A stretch of DNA of 64,000 nucleotides. Source: Parasitella parasitica NRRL 2501 (lineage: Eukaryota; Fungi; Mucoromycota). A program made the position numbers and the translations under genes. The notes beneath the pieces were generated by a model. It had not been told where the DNA came from and did no database searches. It saw only the letters and a program-made list of their open reading frames with translations. Within the stretch, counting starts at the first letter, position 1, and each line of letters starts with the position of its first letter. The stretch is from the NCBI GenBank assembly GCA_025201805.1, contig MU619242.1, positions 119,323 to 183,322 of the forward strand, given 5' to 3'. Positions 50,001 through 61,728 of the stretch are shown piece after piece.

Positions 50001-51585
50001 CGCATTGCTATTATTAACGTCAACAAGGAAAGAAACCAGGTGGATGTCTCGCTGAGAGCTTCTCGTATCTACCCTGATATCCAGTCTAATGAAGTCAAGA
50101 CCTTTGAAGACATCAAACGTGGTCAAGTTTATGAAGGTTATGTTAGCAACATTGCTGCTGTTGGCGTCTTTGTAAAGCTGAATCATTCTATTGCCGCTCG
50201 TGTAAAGATTGCCAATCTTTCCGACTCGTTTGTCAAAGAATGGAAGGACATTTACAAACTCGGTCAACTTGTCAAGGCAAAGATTATTTATATTGATCAC
50301 GACATGAAGCGTCTGGAAGCATCTCTCAAGAAGAGTGTTGTCGAAGGTGCATCGTCTGCTCCTGTCGCCAAGAGTAGCAAGAAGGAACAGCAGCAAGAGG
50401 CTTCTGATAGTGATGAAGAGATGCCTGAGGTAGACGACTCTGATGATGAGATGGAAGATGCTCTGGAATTTGATTCAGAAGACCAAGCTGAACAAGATGC
50501 TGATGACCAAGAAGAACAAGATGACGAGGAGAAATCTGCACCTGCACTGAAGATTGATAGTTTTGACTGGACAGGCATCAATAACAGAGTAGATTCTAGT
50601 GACGAAGAAGGAGAGGAGGAGGAATCCGACGATGAGGATCAAGACGACAAATCCAAAGATAAAAAAAAGAAGGAGGTTGAGGATTTAACGGCTCAACTCA
50701 ATATCAATGCTCCTCAAACAGCAAGCGATTTTGAACGCCTGTTGGTGGGCTCTCCCAACTCTTCCTACTTGTGGATTAACTTTATGGCACATCAACTTCA
50801 ATTATCAGAGATTGCCAAAGCTCGTGACATTGGTGAGCGTGCACTAAAGACTATCAATTTCCGCGAGGAACAAGAAAAGATGAACGTGTGGGTTGCACTC
50901 CTCAATCTCGAGAACAATTTCGGCACAGACGAGGCTCTTCAACAAGTGTTTAAGCGTGCGTTAGTGTACTGCGAACCCCTCAAGGTATACCTCCAGCTCG
51001 TCAAGATTTACGAACGAAGCGACAAACAGGACAAGGCCGAAGCTCTTTGGGAAGAAATGACCAAGAAGTTTGGCTCACAATCGCCTGAAGTCTGGACAGG
51101 ATTTGGACTCTATTATCTGGAACACAACAAGTCTGATGAAGCTCGTGAACTACTTCAAAAGAGCCTAAAGGTTTTGCCCAAGCATGAGCATGTCCAGACA
51201 ATCGTCAAGTTTGCCCAGTTAGAATTCAAACACGGTGAAGCAGAACGTGGTCGTACTATCCTTGAAGGCGTGATGAGCAATTATCCAAAGCGATTGGATT
51301 TATGGAATGTTTATATCGATATGGAAATCAAGATTGGCGATGATGAAATGACAAGGTAATTTATTATAATGGCACATGCAGTATCTACACACAACTTACT
51401 TTTTTTTTATTATTTTTTGACTATACAGACGTTTGTTTGAGCGTGTTGCCTCTATGAAGTTTTCGTCAAAAAAAATGAAGTTCTTATTCAAGAAATGGAT
51501 CCAATTTGAAAAGGCTCATGGCACTGAAGATGACGTTCAAAGAGTGAAAGAAAAGACGCTCGCTTATGTTGAAAGCATGACTTGA
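47010..51585 (+). CDS. RRP5: rRNA biogenesis protein Rrp5 (S1 repeats plus HAT/TPR), 5 exons
   Basis: SFPRGGASALTPLE, multiple S1 domains, DFERLLVGSPNSSYLWINFMA, FREEQEKMNVW, ERGRTILEG, PKRLDLWNVYIDME, KKMKFLFKKW. Confidence 0.96.
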
Positions 51586-52354
51586 GCAAAGTTGCATGTA
51601 TTACCGTAATCATAAAAGTTTTTGTATATATATTATAAGAAGCCCCCTTGTTTTCATCTCTTACTCTCTCTTAGACAATATCAAATTATTAAATTAATAA
51701 ACAAGGGTTAAAAAAAGTAAAGACACGCCAAGTTAAGCTTACTTGATGTTAAAAAAGTGTTATGGGTATAAATGGTATTGTAGAAACTCTTATTTTTAAG
51801 ATAATCTCTGCTTCTAAATTGATCAAGAAAATTGTTGTGTGTTTAACTGTTGTGCCCACAATAGATCAAAAGATAACTCTTTACACCGTAAACACAGGTT
51901 CTTTTTATAAGAGCATCAACAGTAGTTCAGATATGGCCAAAATGTACGGAATTCGATTCACTATTTTTTTTACCAGACCAATTTATGCTAGATAACGGCA
52001 GAAAACATTATGCGTTTTTTTCAAGTAAAACCAGAGTTCGGTGCAATGTCGCAATATTATTTAATACGCAACTACAGATTATGGTAGCAACTGTATTAAT
52101 TGAGCTTTTCTATGCAGCATATAGCAAGTTTTCTTGTAATCAATTGTGCGTTAACTTTGTTTCAGAAATGAGTATATATACACTGTGTGGTTATTTTTAA
52201 ACATTATTGCTATTTTCACTATTGATGATTACTTTTTTTTTATTGTTAAATACTATAAATTAATCAAAAAAAAACTCTTCTATTAAATAAACAGAATGGC
52301 TACGATGCTTGTTCCATCAGATCAAGCAAGCTGAAACAACAGGCAACTTTTTTT

Positions 52355-53372
52355 TCACTGGTAAGGGTTCTCACCAACACCTAAGATACACATAATTAGG
52401 ATGAGAAAAATTATTATATTCATCCCAGTATTTAACTTACAATCAGCGACAGTGGAGAACTGGAAGCCCTGAGACTTGACGTATTCAATCAAAGCAGAAG
52501 TTAATTCAGTTGTAGTTTGCTCATAAACCTATGACACACACACACACAAGTTATTATTAAAATTAACGCAAATATAGGTATCTCGACCTACATCATGAGA
52601 TAGAGTGATGAAGCCATCATCAATATTGGAGCTATTAAACGAATTCTTGACATTAGCCATCTCTTGTTGAAGGTCGTGAGTGTCAAAATCTTTGGTATCT
52701 GTAGACCATTTGACAACTTTGTAACCTTTTCCTTCAAGCTTTGCGACGCTGTCGTCATTGGCACTGCCGTATGGAGGGCGAATGACTAGATTCATTAGGT
52801 TGTGTAAATTAGTAATAGCCCTCAGATTATGTGTATATATACACCAAGTGCAGACAACTTACAAGCTGGCCTGAGCAAATAACAATTAGTCTCCACATAG
52901 ACATTACACATATGCAAGAGTACTTACTTGACTTGGATAATATCAAAGACAATTTTCTCCAATTCAGTGATTTCATCGTCAAACTCTTGGCCAGAGATTG
53001 TTTCTAAATCCTTATGAGACAAAGTATGGCTTGCAATCTGATGCCCTGAAGCATGAGCTTTGCGCAGTGCGTTTCGGCCCTCTTCATTTGTCTCTAAATC
53101 ACTAGGTACAATAGAAGGATGAGTATATGCTTGGCTAGTAGAAACAGTCTGGTTCTTTACATGAAATTCTTTCCATTGACAAAAAAGGTAGCCTTCACTT
53201 GATTTCTATCCAGCAAATCCACAAGGGCAGAAGTGTATCCATATGGCCCATCATCGTAGGTAATAGCGACATGGCCAGGTTTACAATTGTTGATTATGGA
53301 GCCAGACACCACAGAAGCAAGCAAACCAAAAGCAATTGAAGCATTGAAGATTTTACGAGTTGAAAAGGTCAT
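52355..53372 (-). CDS. Chitin/polysaccharide deacetylase (CE4, NodB), secreted, 6 exons including an 8-nt micro-exon
   Basis: Signal peptide and CE4 motifs ITYDDGP, HQIASHTLSH, RPPYG, DTKDF, LSHD. C-terminal TVADCVG. Confidence 0.92.
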
Positions 53373-53873
53373 TTCTTTTGAGATGTCTAGTTGAAAAAAA
53401 AAAAGACACAAATGTTTGATCTGACAATCGTTTTTATACAAAAACAAGGCGGGTTAAAAATCATCCATGCAGCAAATGTGCATCATTCATGTATAACATA
53501 CATATCCAATTAGCAAATCAAATGAGAGAAGTAACACTGCGAAAGTGCAAGAGAAAACGTTTTCAGTCTTTTTAAACAACATGATAACTCAAGGGGGCTT
53601 TATTTTCCATAGTGATGCAGGAGTTGTGATCTCTTTCATGTATATCTATATAAAGGAGAAAAAGGGAGGGGAAGATCACGGAACAAGCAGAACGTAAAAA
53701 CAGCAAAGGGACATACATGATTATTGTCTACACAATCGATGCCACTCCTAAAGCAGATTTGATATAGAGAATATCTTTCGGTGGGATAGTTTATTACATA
53801 TTTCAAAAGCAAATTAAATGATTAGGAGGGTATATACAGATAATATGACTTTTTAATGTATACAAATCTTCTT

Positions 53874-55418
53874 TTAGTGTAGCACGTTGATCTTTTCGGC
53901 CATCATAGCAACAATAGCAGCACCTACAATTCTTGAGTGCTTGACAATGCCCACTGATAATTTCGTTGCAATTTGATCTGGTATTAAAGTCTTGAGGGTC
54001 TCACAAACACGAGGGTGGAAGGAAGGGTAATCCTTGTATACCTCGCCACTGATGGCTGCTATAGGACTTAGTATACAAGTGTAGTTCCTTTCACATCTAC
54101 TCACATATTGCAAATCCTTCAGACGGGTCTAGACCAACACCATCAGAAACCATGTATTCGACAACGCCTGCTATGCTCGCAGCAAGCAAAACTGCAGCAC
54201 GATGCCCTACAAGCTGGCACACGCTTTTGACAATGCCTCGATCAATCAGACTTGTCTCACTTGTTCTACACATTTCTTCCAGAATAACACGAGTCCCATC
54301 CAATGAACCATCATTATCATCTTCGCAAACGTACATGTAACTGGTATCGAACTGATACGGGACACGAAGCAAGCATTCTTTATCGTCTATATCAAATGAG
54401 AGTATTTGATGATCTGCATATTCCACAAGCACCAATCTCACCAGCTCACCGAGGTACATGCCTGTAGTCATCTTCTCAAATGCATGGACACCTTTATTGT
54501 TGGATTCAATATCAACAGCCTCATCAAGCCTGTTGATGGGCAAGTATTGGGAGCTGATGTTGCACCACTCTGTGTTGATAATCATGTCAGATTGTAGCCC
54601 GCCTTCTTTATAGTCTGCCGGAAGGGTTTTCACATTGCTCACTTTATCGTAATAGGCGCAGTTGGTCCCTGCACTGTGCACAATACCGATTCGGGTAGAT
54701 GGATGTTGATATGCGTGTGCCAATAAAGTACATACGGCGTCTGTATATGGAATGGGTAAAAAGATATCAGTGCATGCATGGGTAAGCGTGTGTATACATG
54801 CATGATTATACCGTTAGCCATGGCTACTATGCGTACAGAGAGCCCCTTTGCTTTAAACCTCTGATGGAATAAATCAACAATATCGCTGCCGATGGCATTC
54901 GGATATTCGAAGCCGTGTTCCAGTGCAACAATGGAACCTTTGTCCAGACCAGTTTGTCGTACAGCAAATCCCATACTTATCCCCATTGCGTAAACCATCT
55001 CTTGTGATGAACCCACTCGACGTTGGAAATCGGCCACGCAATCAGCTATATAATCGATCAGGGTGCTCATGCTGTCACCAATAGTTAAATGATCCGGGAT
55101 CTTGTATTGGTACTGGTTAATGGCCAGCTTTCCGCCCTCGCCTTTGAGTCGCACTTGGCAGACGTAGATATCTACACCGCTGATCTCAAGCGCAAGGTAG
55201 GTGCCCTTTTCGTTTCCAGTGGGATAGCCTGTTACGAACGAGGGTATCATCTTTAGATTGTTGTGGGCCTCGTTGGACTCCAACCCTTTCCTCATTTCGT
55301 AGCCAACACCGCTCATCACTTTGTGCAGCTCGTCATGAGATACTTCAAACAATGCCAAAGTCTCTTCTGCCGCCTTTTGTTTCGCTAAATCATCAAGTAC
55401 CCAATTTAATATAGTCAT
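53874..55418 (-). CDS. Hexokinase-family protein with degenerate catalytic motifs, 3 exons
   Basis: LKMIPSFVTGYPTGNEKGTYLAL, MIINTEW, FEKMTTGMYLGELVRLVL identify the fold. Introns 54741-54811 and ~54056/54059-54104. Confidence 0.88.
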
Positions 55419-55703
55419 CTCCTGTTGTTGACACTAGTGGAATGGAAGAGCAAAAAAAAAAAAAACCAAGAAAACCCATCAAATTTATAGTCTGTATACA
55501 TTCTCCTGTGCGACTTCTTGTGATATGTGTGAATATATATGTTTGTGTTTGTGCGCTCAACACAATACACCACTGTGCTACTCACATGTTACCAAAAATC
55601 CCTTGGGATACCTGAAAGCTTAATTGAATTATGTAAAAAAAAAAGGGGGGTTGGCGCTCAAAATATAGTGAACATTGCTTAATGTGTTAAGAGTCTGATT
55701 TAT

Positions 55704-58444
55704 TTAGAATAAATCAGCAAAAGGGTCTTTGGGTTGCTGTGTAGTAGTTGTGCTTTGATTAGCTGGTTGGGGAGAAGGCTCGCCGAATAGATCGTTTGTA
55801 AAGTCATGCATTGACGATTGATATGATTGCCCCTGCTGCTGTTGTTGTTGAGGAGAACTTGTAGAGTTGAATAGACCCATAATGTCATTCACGTTATTAG
55901 AAGAAGTCAGTGCTGCAGCAGACGCTGATTGACCACTAGCACCACCGTCTCCACCTCCACCAAGAGAGAGTAAATTGTTAAAAACGCTTGTCGAACCGTC
56001 ATTTTGCAAAATGGGTGATACGGGTGTTTCCACAGATTGCTCACCCCAATCTAGATCAAGTAGATTACCAATGTCATTGTTCTTGATAGCAGCTTGTATC
56101 TGAGGAGGAGGAGCATCTATATCATCTTCTTCGGCATGTCTAGGTAAGGGAGCTCAATAAATGCTCATAGGTAAAACGGCGCGCACAACTTACTCTGTCA
56201 TGGCCTTGCTTACATTATCAGCACCAAACCTTTTACCAGCAATAAATGTTTCTGCAGGTTTATGGTATACAGAAGCTAATGTGCCAATGTCATATAACAA
56301 GGTTTCGAGCAACGCAGGTGAAATTCCCTCATTCTGGCCAGCAATGGGAGGTTTCTCAGACAAGACAACAGCCTATGATTTTTTTTTAGGAAAATTGTTT
56401 GAATCAAAGAGGCGTATTTTACCTTGGCCGCTTGGGGATCAGTAGACAGTAATCTCCAATAAACATATGCTCTATCACGAATATCAGCGTTATCGCACTC
56501 TGTTGTCGCAGTTTGGAGAATGCGCTGCACTAGATCCTGGTTTTCATTTGGCTTCTTCAAAAATAGCTTAACCGTGGCAGTCAACAATTGTAACTGAACT
56601 TGGGGATTTTCCTCCTTGAAGTTTTCCAAAAAGATGTTGATCAAGTCATCTGCATTGTCAATCCTTTCAGCGTATTCACCAATTATCCAAATCAATGATC
56701 CCTTTGCCTCTGGCTCGTCTAATGCCTCGAGATTTTCGCAGAGAGTAGGAATGATGCCTTCGTATTTGCGAGGGTATTTACGGAAAATGTCCTTGATTAC
56801 AACAATGGCTTCTTGGACAACATAGCTGACTCCAGTGTTGATTAAATCCAATAATACGTTGATACAACGTTCAGCTGCTTCATCGATTTTAATGGCACAG
56901 CGACCAATAGCATGCACTGATTTTCGAACAAACTCGACGTCTACTTCATTTGCATACCTGTATAAAGCGATAAGGTAAACGAACCTGGTATATTAGCTGC
57001 TAATACATACTCTTTCAATTCGCTCAGCAATTGATCGACGTTACGATCATTGCATAATTTAACCATAATTTCCAGCTTCTCCATTTTGACATAAGGCGGA
57101 TCGTTGTATTTGCAGAAAAATACACGGATTTCATTACTCAAAACTTCAGGTCTCTTTTGCAGGATAAGACTAATATTGCGCAATGCAATATATTGAACTT
57201 CAGGGGGACTTGAAAGAAGTGTAACTATAGTAAAGTGTTTAAATATCTGCCCTTCTCCCTCTCCTATTTTCAAAATTATGATTACCCAAAGGAGGTGCCA
57301 TTTTTCTACACATCGATTTAATAAAGGACTCTTCTTTAATATGCCTCATGTTAATCATTAAAACCTAAATATCAGCAATAAGTTTTCGTTGCTAATTATT
57401 TATTCTGTTCATTTTACCTTGACTGCAGATAAAACAACAGCACCATTTGCATGTTGCAGTCTAGGCATAACTCGATCACAAATGCTTTCAGCTTCTTTGC
57501 CACCTGATACTTTGTAATCAGCAATGGCTGTCAAAATAGCAATTTGACCCCATCTGTAGTAGTTCTGTTAGTGTATATCAAATTAATCGCAAAAAGTAAA
57601 ATACTTACTCGGTACATTCATTAAGGGCGTGTAATAATTTGTTGGAAATGTTGTTATTGATTTCAAAAACGTTGTGTTGAGGAGAGGCTTCATTAATATC
57701 ACTTAGTGCAACAACTGCGTTTGCAACGACCATAGGATTTACATCAGATACCATCTCCTTTACTGCATTCACAAAATCTTGCTCGACTGCCAGCTCGGGA
57801 TTGAGGTCATACAATTTGGCAACACAAACTGCTGCTGTCTTCCGAACATATGGATTCTCATCTTTGAGGCATTTGCGAAGAGGCTCTGTAAGATAATCAA
57901 TAATTTTGTCGACTCTCAAACAGCCCATAGTTCTAATAGCAAGTGCACGAATCAACGGATTTGGGTCATCAGAATCCTATTGATTTGCGGTATAAGTAGC
58001 GATAGTATTGTTTTTGTTCTCGTTTTACCTTGACAAACGTATTCACTGCTAAAATGACCAACTCGGGTTGCGTCTTTGCATAATTCATCAAATACAAATA
58101 CACCAACTTTTTCAGCTCGAGATCCTCTGTTTGCATATTCTTGAGGACATCCGGAAACAAACCGCTCACATCTTTGCCAACCGTCATGTTGGCAATCACT
58201 TTCTTTACTGCATCTTTGCGGTGATGGCGATATTCACTATTGAGTTCTGACTTGAGCTCGTAATTTTCACCTGGAATACAAGGCTTAGTTCTTGTTATCA
58301 TAAACTACTGTGCACAGTTTCGCCCTGCAAGCAGTCGAGAAACAAGCATGTCTCCTTTCTTCCTCCTGTTTCCTTGTTTCCCACTATGATTTCTAACATA
58401 CCTCTTTTGTTGGTAGTGAAAAATTTGGGTCTACTCAGCGACAT
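55704..58444 (-). CDS. Beta-adaptin (AP-1/AP-2 beta subunit, Apl2-like), ~10 exons
   Basis: [88 protein letters not shown], clathrin box LLDLD. Confidence 0.95.
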
Positions 58445-58825
58445 GATCCTCTTGTTTTCAAACAGTAAAAAGAAATTAATAGAGAACAAGAAAAAGAAAA
58501 ACCAGCCAAAACAGACGCGCGAATGATCAAAAGGTTCACGGATTCTGTATATGTACTTGTCCTCAAGTCCGATTGTGGATGGTAGTCAGTTTAATCGGAT
58601 CGACTGATTTACCGAAGATCTACGCAATGAAATGCTGGATGAACATGCAAAAAGTACCTGAGTCCATGAGCGTCGCAGTAATGCAACTTGATATAGCTTA
58701 TTTTTCAACAAGACATGGGTAGCAATGACCGTCTATAGGTGATGCATTCCAGATGTATGAGATTTTGATGCGAATATAAAATGCAATCATGCTCAAAATG
58801 CCATCTCTTATATTAAAATGATAGA

Positions 58826-58944
58826 AATCGTAAAAAACAGTCCTCAGCGCTTAAAATTGAATCGTAAAAAACAGTCCTCAGCGCTTAAAAATGAATCGTA
58901 AAAAACAGTCTCCAGCGCTTAAAGTTGAATCGTAAAAAACAGTC
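58826..58944 (+). repeat. 34-bp tandem repeat, ~3.5 copies (AATCGTAAAAAACAGTCCTCAGCGCTTAAAATTG)
   Basis: Units start at 58826, 58860, 58894 and 58928. Confidence 0.92.
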
Positions 58945-58992
58945 ATATTTTTTCATTCAATGCCATCTTTCATGCACCAAGTGTTACAGTTA

Positions 58993-60140
58993 AAAGATGG
59001 CCATACTGCTCACTCAAGATTTGGAATTTTTCTTATTAACTGCAATGATTCATCTGTGTGTTCTTTGAGACCAAGATCTCTTGGAAAAAGCCTTATTTAT
59101 CTAGGATGAAGCATCGATGAACAGCCGTGATGTTCTCGAAACAGTAGACAGGACATTTAAAGATGTCATGAAGCAATATTTAAATAGACGAAAGACAGGC
59201 NNNNNNNNNNNNNNNNNNNNNNNNNNNNNNNNNNNNNNNNNNNNNNNNNNNNNNNNNNNNNNNNNNNNNNNNNNNNNNNNNNNNNNNNNNNNNNNNNNNN
59301 NNNNNNNNNNNNNNNNNNNNNNNNNNNNNNNNNNNNNNNNNNNNNNNNNNNNNNNNNNNNNNNNNNNNNNNNNNNNNNNNNNNNNNNNNNNNNNNNNNNN
59401 NNNNNNNNNNNNNNNNNNNNNNNNNNNNNNNNNNNNNNNNNNNNNNNNNNNNNNNNNNNNNNNNNNNNNNNNNNNNNNNNNNNNNNNNNNNNNNNNNNNN
59501 NNNNNNNNNNNNNNNNNNNNNNNNNNNNNNNNNNNNNNNNNNNNNNNNNNNNNNNNNNNNNNNNNNNNNNNNNNNNNNNNNNNNNNNNNNNNNNNNNNNN
59601 NNNNNNNNNNNNNNNNNNNNNNNNNNNNNNNNNNNNNNNNNNNNNNNNNNNNNNNNNNNNNNNNNTCTCAACTGTGGTAGTCTTCCACCTCACCAGCTCA
59701 AGTTGAAAATTGGCTCGCCAATCATGATGCTCAGAAACATCGATCCTGCTCATGGTGTTTATAATGGTACAAGGCTTATTTGTCGAGCATCCACAAGGAA
59801 CACTATCCAGGCTGAAGTTGCAACTGGAACTTATCAACGCAATGTTGTGCTCATACCCAGAGTTACCTTAAACTCGATAGTTGAGCAAGTCGTCGTAGAA
59901 TTCAAGCGTTGTCAGTTCCCTGTCAGACCAGCTTTTGCCATGACGATAAATAAATCGCAAGGTCAAACTCTGGACTTTGTAGGGCTGTATCTTCCTGTCC
60001 CAATTTTCTCGCATGGCCAATTATATGTCGCTCTATCTCGAGTTAAAAGGCCAGATGACATCTCAATTATCATCAACCCCAAGCCAAGAAGGAGTATTTG
60101 TACATCAAACGTTGTCTATACTGAGATTTTTCAAAATTAA
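58993..60140 (+). pseudogene. Helitron Pif1-type helicase fragment
   Basis: Frameshift after SVCSLRPRS and a TAG replacing the Trp of IWDEASM. The middle lies in an N gap; the C-terminal motifs are intact. Confidence 0.8.
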
Positions 60141-61029
60141 CCAACTTCGAGGATTTAAACAAAAAATACCAAATAATCATAATAAATCGTATCTTTATAC
60201 AATACGTAAATGTTATTTCCACTCATTGTTTCTTATTTCGTTTGATTTAGCACTGTGTTAAGTGGGACAGCCCGCTGCAGGCGCGAGCTGTGTACCCCCC
60301 AATAAGAACGAAGGTCGGAAAATATCACCGTAGCGAAGCGAAGGTCGATTATTTTCACCGTAGTTCGGGGGGGTGTATAAAAGCTCGTACTAATTAAAAA
60401 GCTGTGGATATTGCTAACTTCTTTGCCATTTACATGTAGAGCTTTGATTCTTGATCTAACTGCTTACAGTGATTCCATTTCATGCCATATTTTCTCATAT
60501 AATCTACGCAATGGTTGCATTTAAGTATACTTGTTTGCATCTACTTGTTCTAGAAAAATTATTTCTAAATATACAAGTGTTCAATCTATTAGCCTTTATG
60601 TCATTATTGTTGGTATTGATGATGTCCTTATTTTCGTAATGCGAAATGCACTTTACCAGAAATGAGCATATGCCAAGTTTACAATGAAATTAGAAGAGCC
60701 CCTTTGTATAAATATACAAACAATATTATTAAACCTTTGCATTTTAAACTGTTTGCACTAGTTGGACAAAGAAAGTTAATCTTAGTATTACTAAAAAAGT
60801 GACATTGGACACAGACCAGGCCCATGCTAAACCTGAATAAAATAACATTGAGCCCCTCGAGCATTAATTTCTACAACAATGCAAATTTACATATTGTAAT
60901 ATACTAAATCATCAAATATATATTTGTATGCATTCAAACACTAAAAATATATACAGACTTGTATATCTGAAATCATATAAAGATCCATCGTGTTTGCCAG
61001 CATTTGTCTCTTCTTTATCAATCATCTAA

Positions 61030-61728
61030 ATGACCATGAAGACATCTCAAATTTTAAATCGCATTGCTCGTTTTTTCACCTCTGAGCCCTCGCCCTCGAC
61101 CTCAACTTTATCGTCTTCCCTTTCACTTTCTGCATCTGCACCTTCTGGGCCTGTATCTTCCACAACTACTCCTCCTCCTCCTCCTTCAAAGCAAACGACA
61201 ATTATTGAACACTATCAAACCTTGCAACAAAGTAGATCTTATGCACCAAAAAAAAGCCGTTGGGCGACGCTTGCGACCGGAAAAAAACCTGGAAAGAAAA
61301 CCCTTGCTGCTATTTCTACTAAATGGACTGATCCCACTTTGGAAGACTCTGACTCGGGTATCTCTGTATCATCCACTATAACTGAATCATGTACTATACC
61401 TTTATCGCCCATAATTTGTGCAGCATCAACGATTTCCGTATCATCTACCTTTCCTGTAGAATGCGTTTATGATGAAAAGGTAGAGATTCAAATACCTCCT
61501 GCACCAACGTTTGCATTCAGAACCAAAGCTGCCGTAATTAGAGGGTATCGAACAATGCGGAGCTACCCGTCATCCTCATCCCGCTGCTTGTCACCAGTGC
61601 TAGAAGCTCCAGAAGAAGATACTTCAAGGATTTCAGTGGAACTGAAACAAAACAGAGCTGTTTCTGTCACTGGACCTATTTCTTTAGGGAACAGCGTTTA
61701 CGATCAGAAGGCAATACAGTTGCTTTAG
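61030..61728 (+). CDS. Hypothetical Ser/Thr/Pro-rich protein (232 aa)
   Basis: Uninterrupted ORF, TATAAA ~55 bp upstream, AAA-ATG start context. No recognised domain. Confidence 0.55.
   Translation: MTMKTSQILNRIARFFTSEPSPSTSTLSSSLSLSASAPSGPVSSTTTPPPPPSKQTTIIEHYQTLQQSRSYAPKKSRWATLATGKKPGKKTLAAISTKWTDPTLEDSDSGISVSSTITESCTIPLSPIICAASTISVSSTFPVECVYDEKVEIQIPPAPTFAFRTKAAVIRGYRTMRSYPSSSSRCLSPVLEAPEEDTSRISVELKQNRAVSVTGPISLGNSVYDQKAIQLL

Larger units (their letters stand above)
58804..60393 (+). mobile_element. Non-autonomous, decayed Helitron with Pif1 helicase remnant
   Basis: 5' A|TCTCTTATATT start, subterminal minisatellite, Pif1 motifs (GHTAHSRF, I*DEASM, LKIGSPIMMLRNIDP...NGTRL, QFPVRPAFAMTINKSQGQTL, FSHGQLYVALSRV, SNVVYTEI), 3' GC hairpins and a CTCG|T (60387) or CTAA|T (60393) end. 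Confidence 0.8.

Noticed and set aside
55704-56140. Beta-adaptin lacking a C-terminal appendage (ear) domain
   Set aside because: Ear-less beta subunits with clathrin-box tails are usual for fungal AP-1 beta, so not novel.
58826-58944. 34-bp repeats of CRISPR-like length
   Set aside because: Head-to-tail with no unique spacers, no cas genes and a eukaryotic context; this is a Helitron minisatellite.
59117-59837. ORFs running through N gaps (also 62843-63715)
   Set aside because: Artefacts of translating N runs; only the flanking Pif1 motifs are informative.
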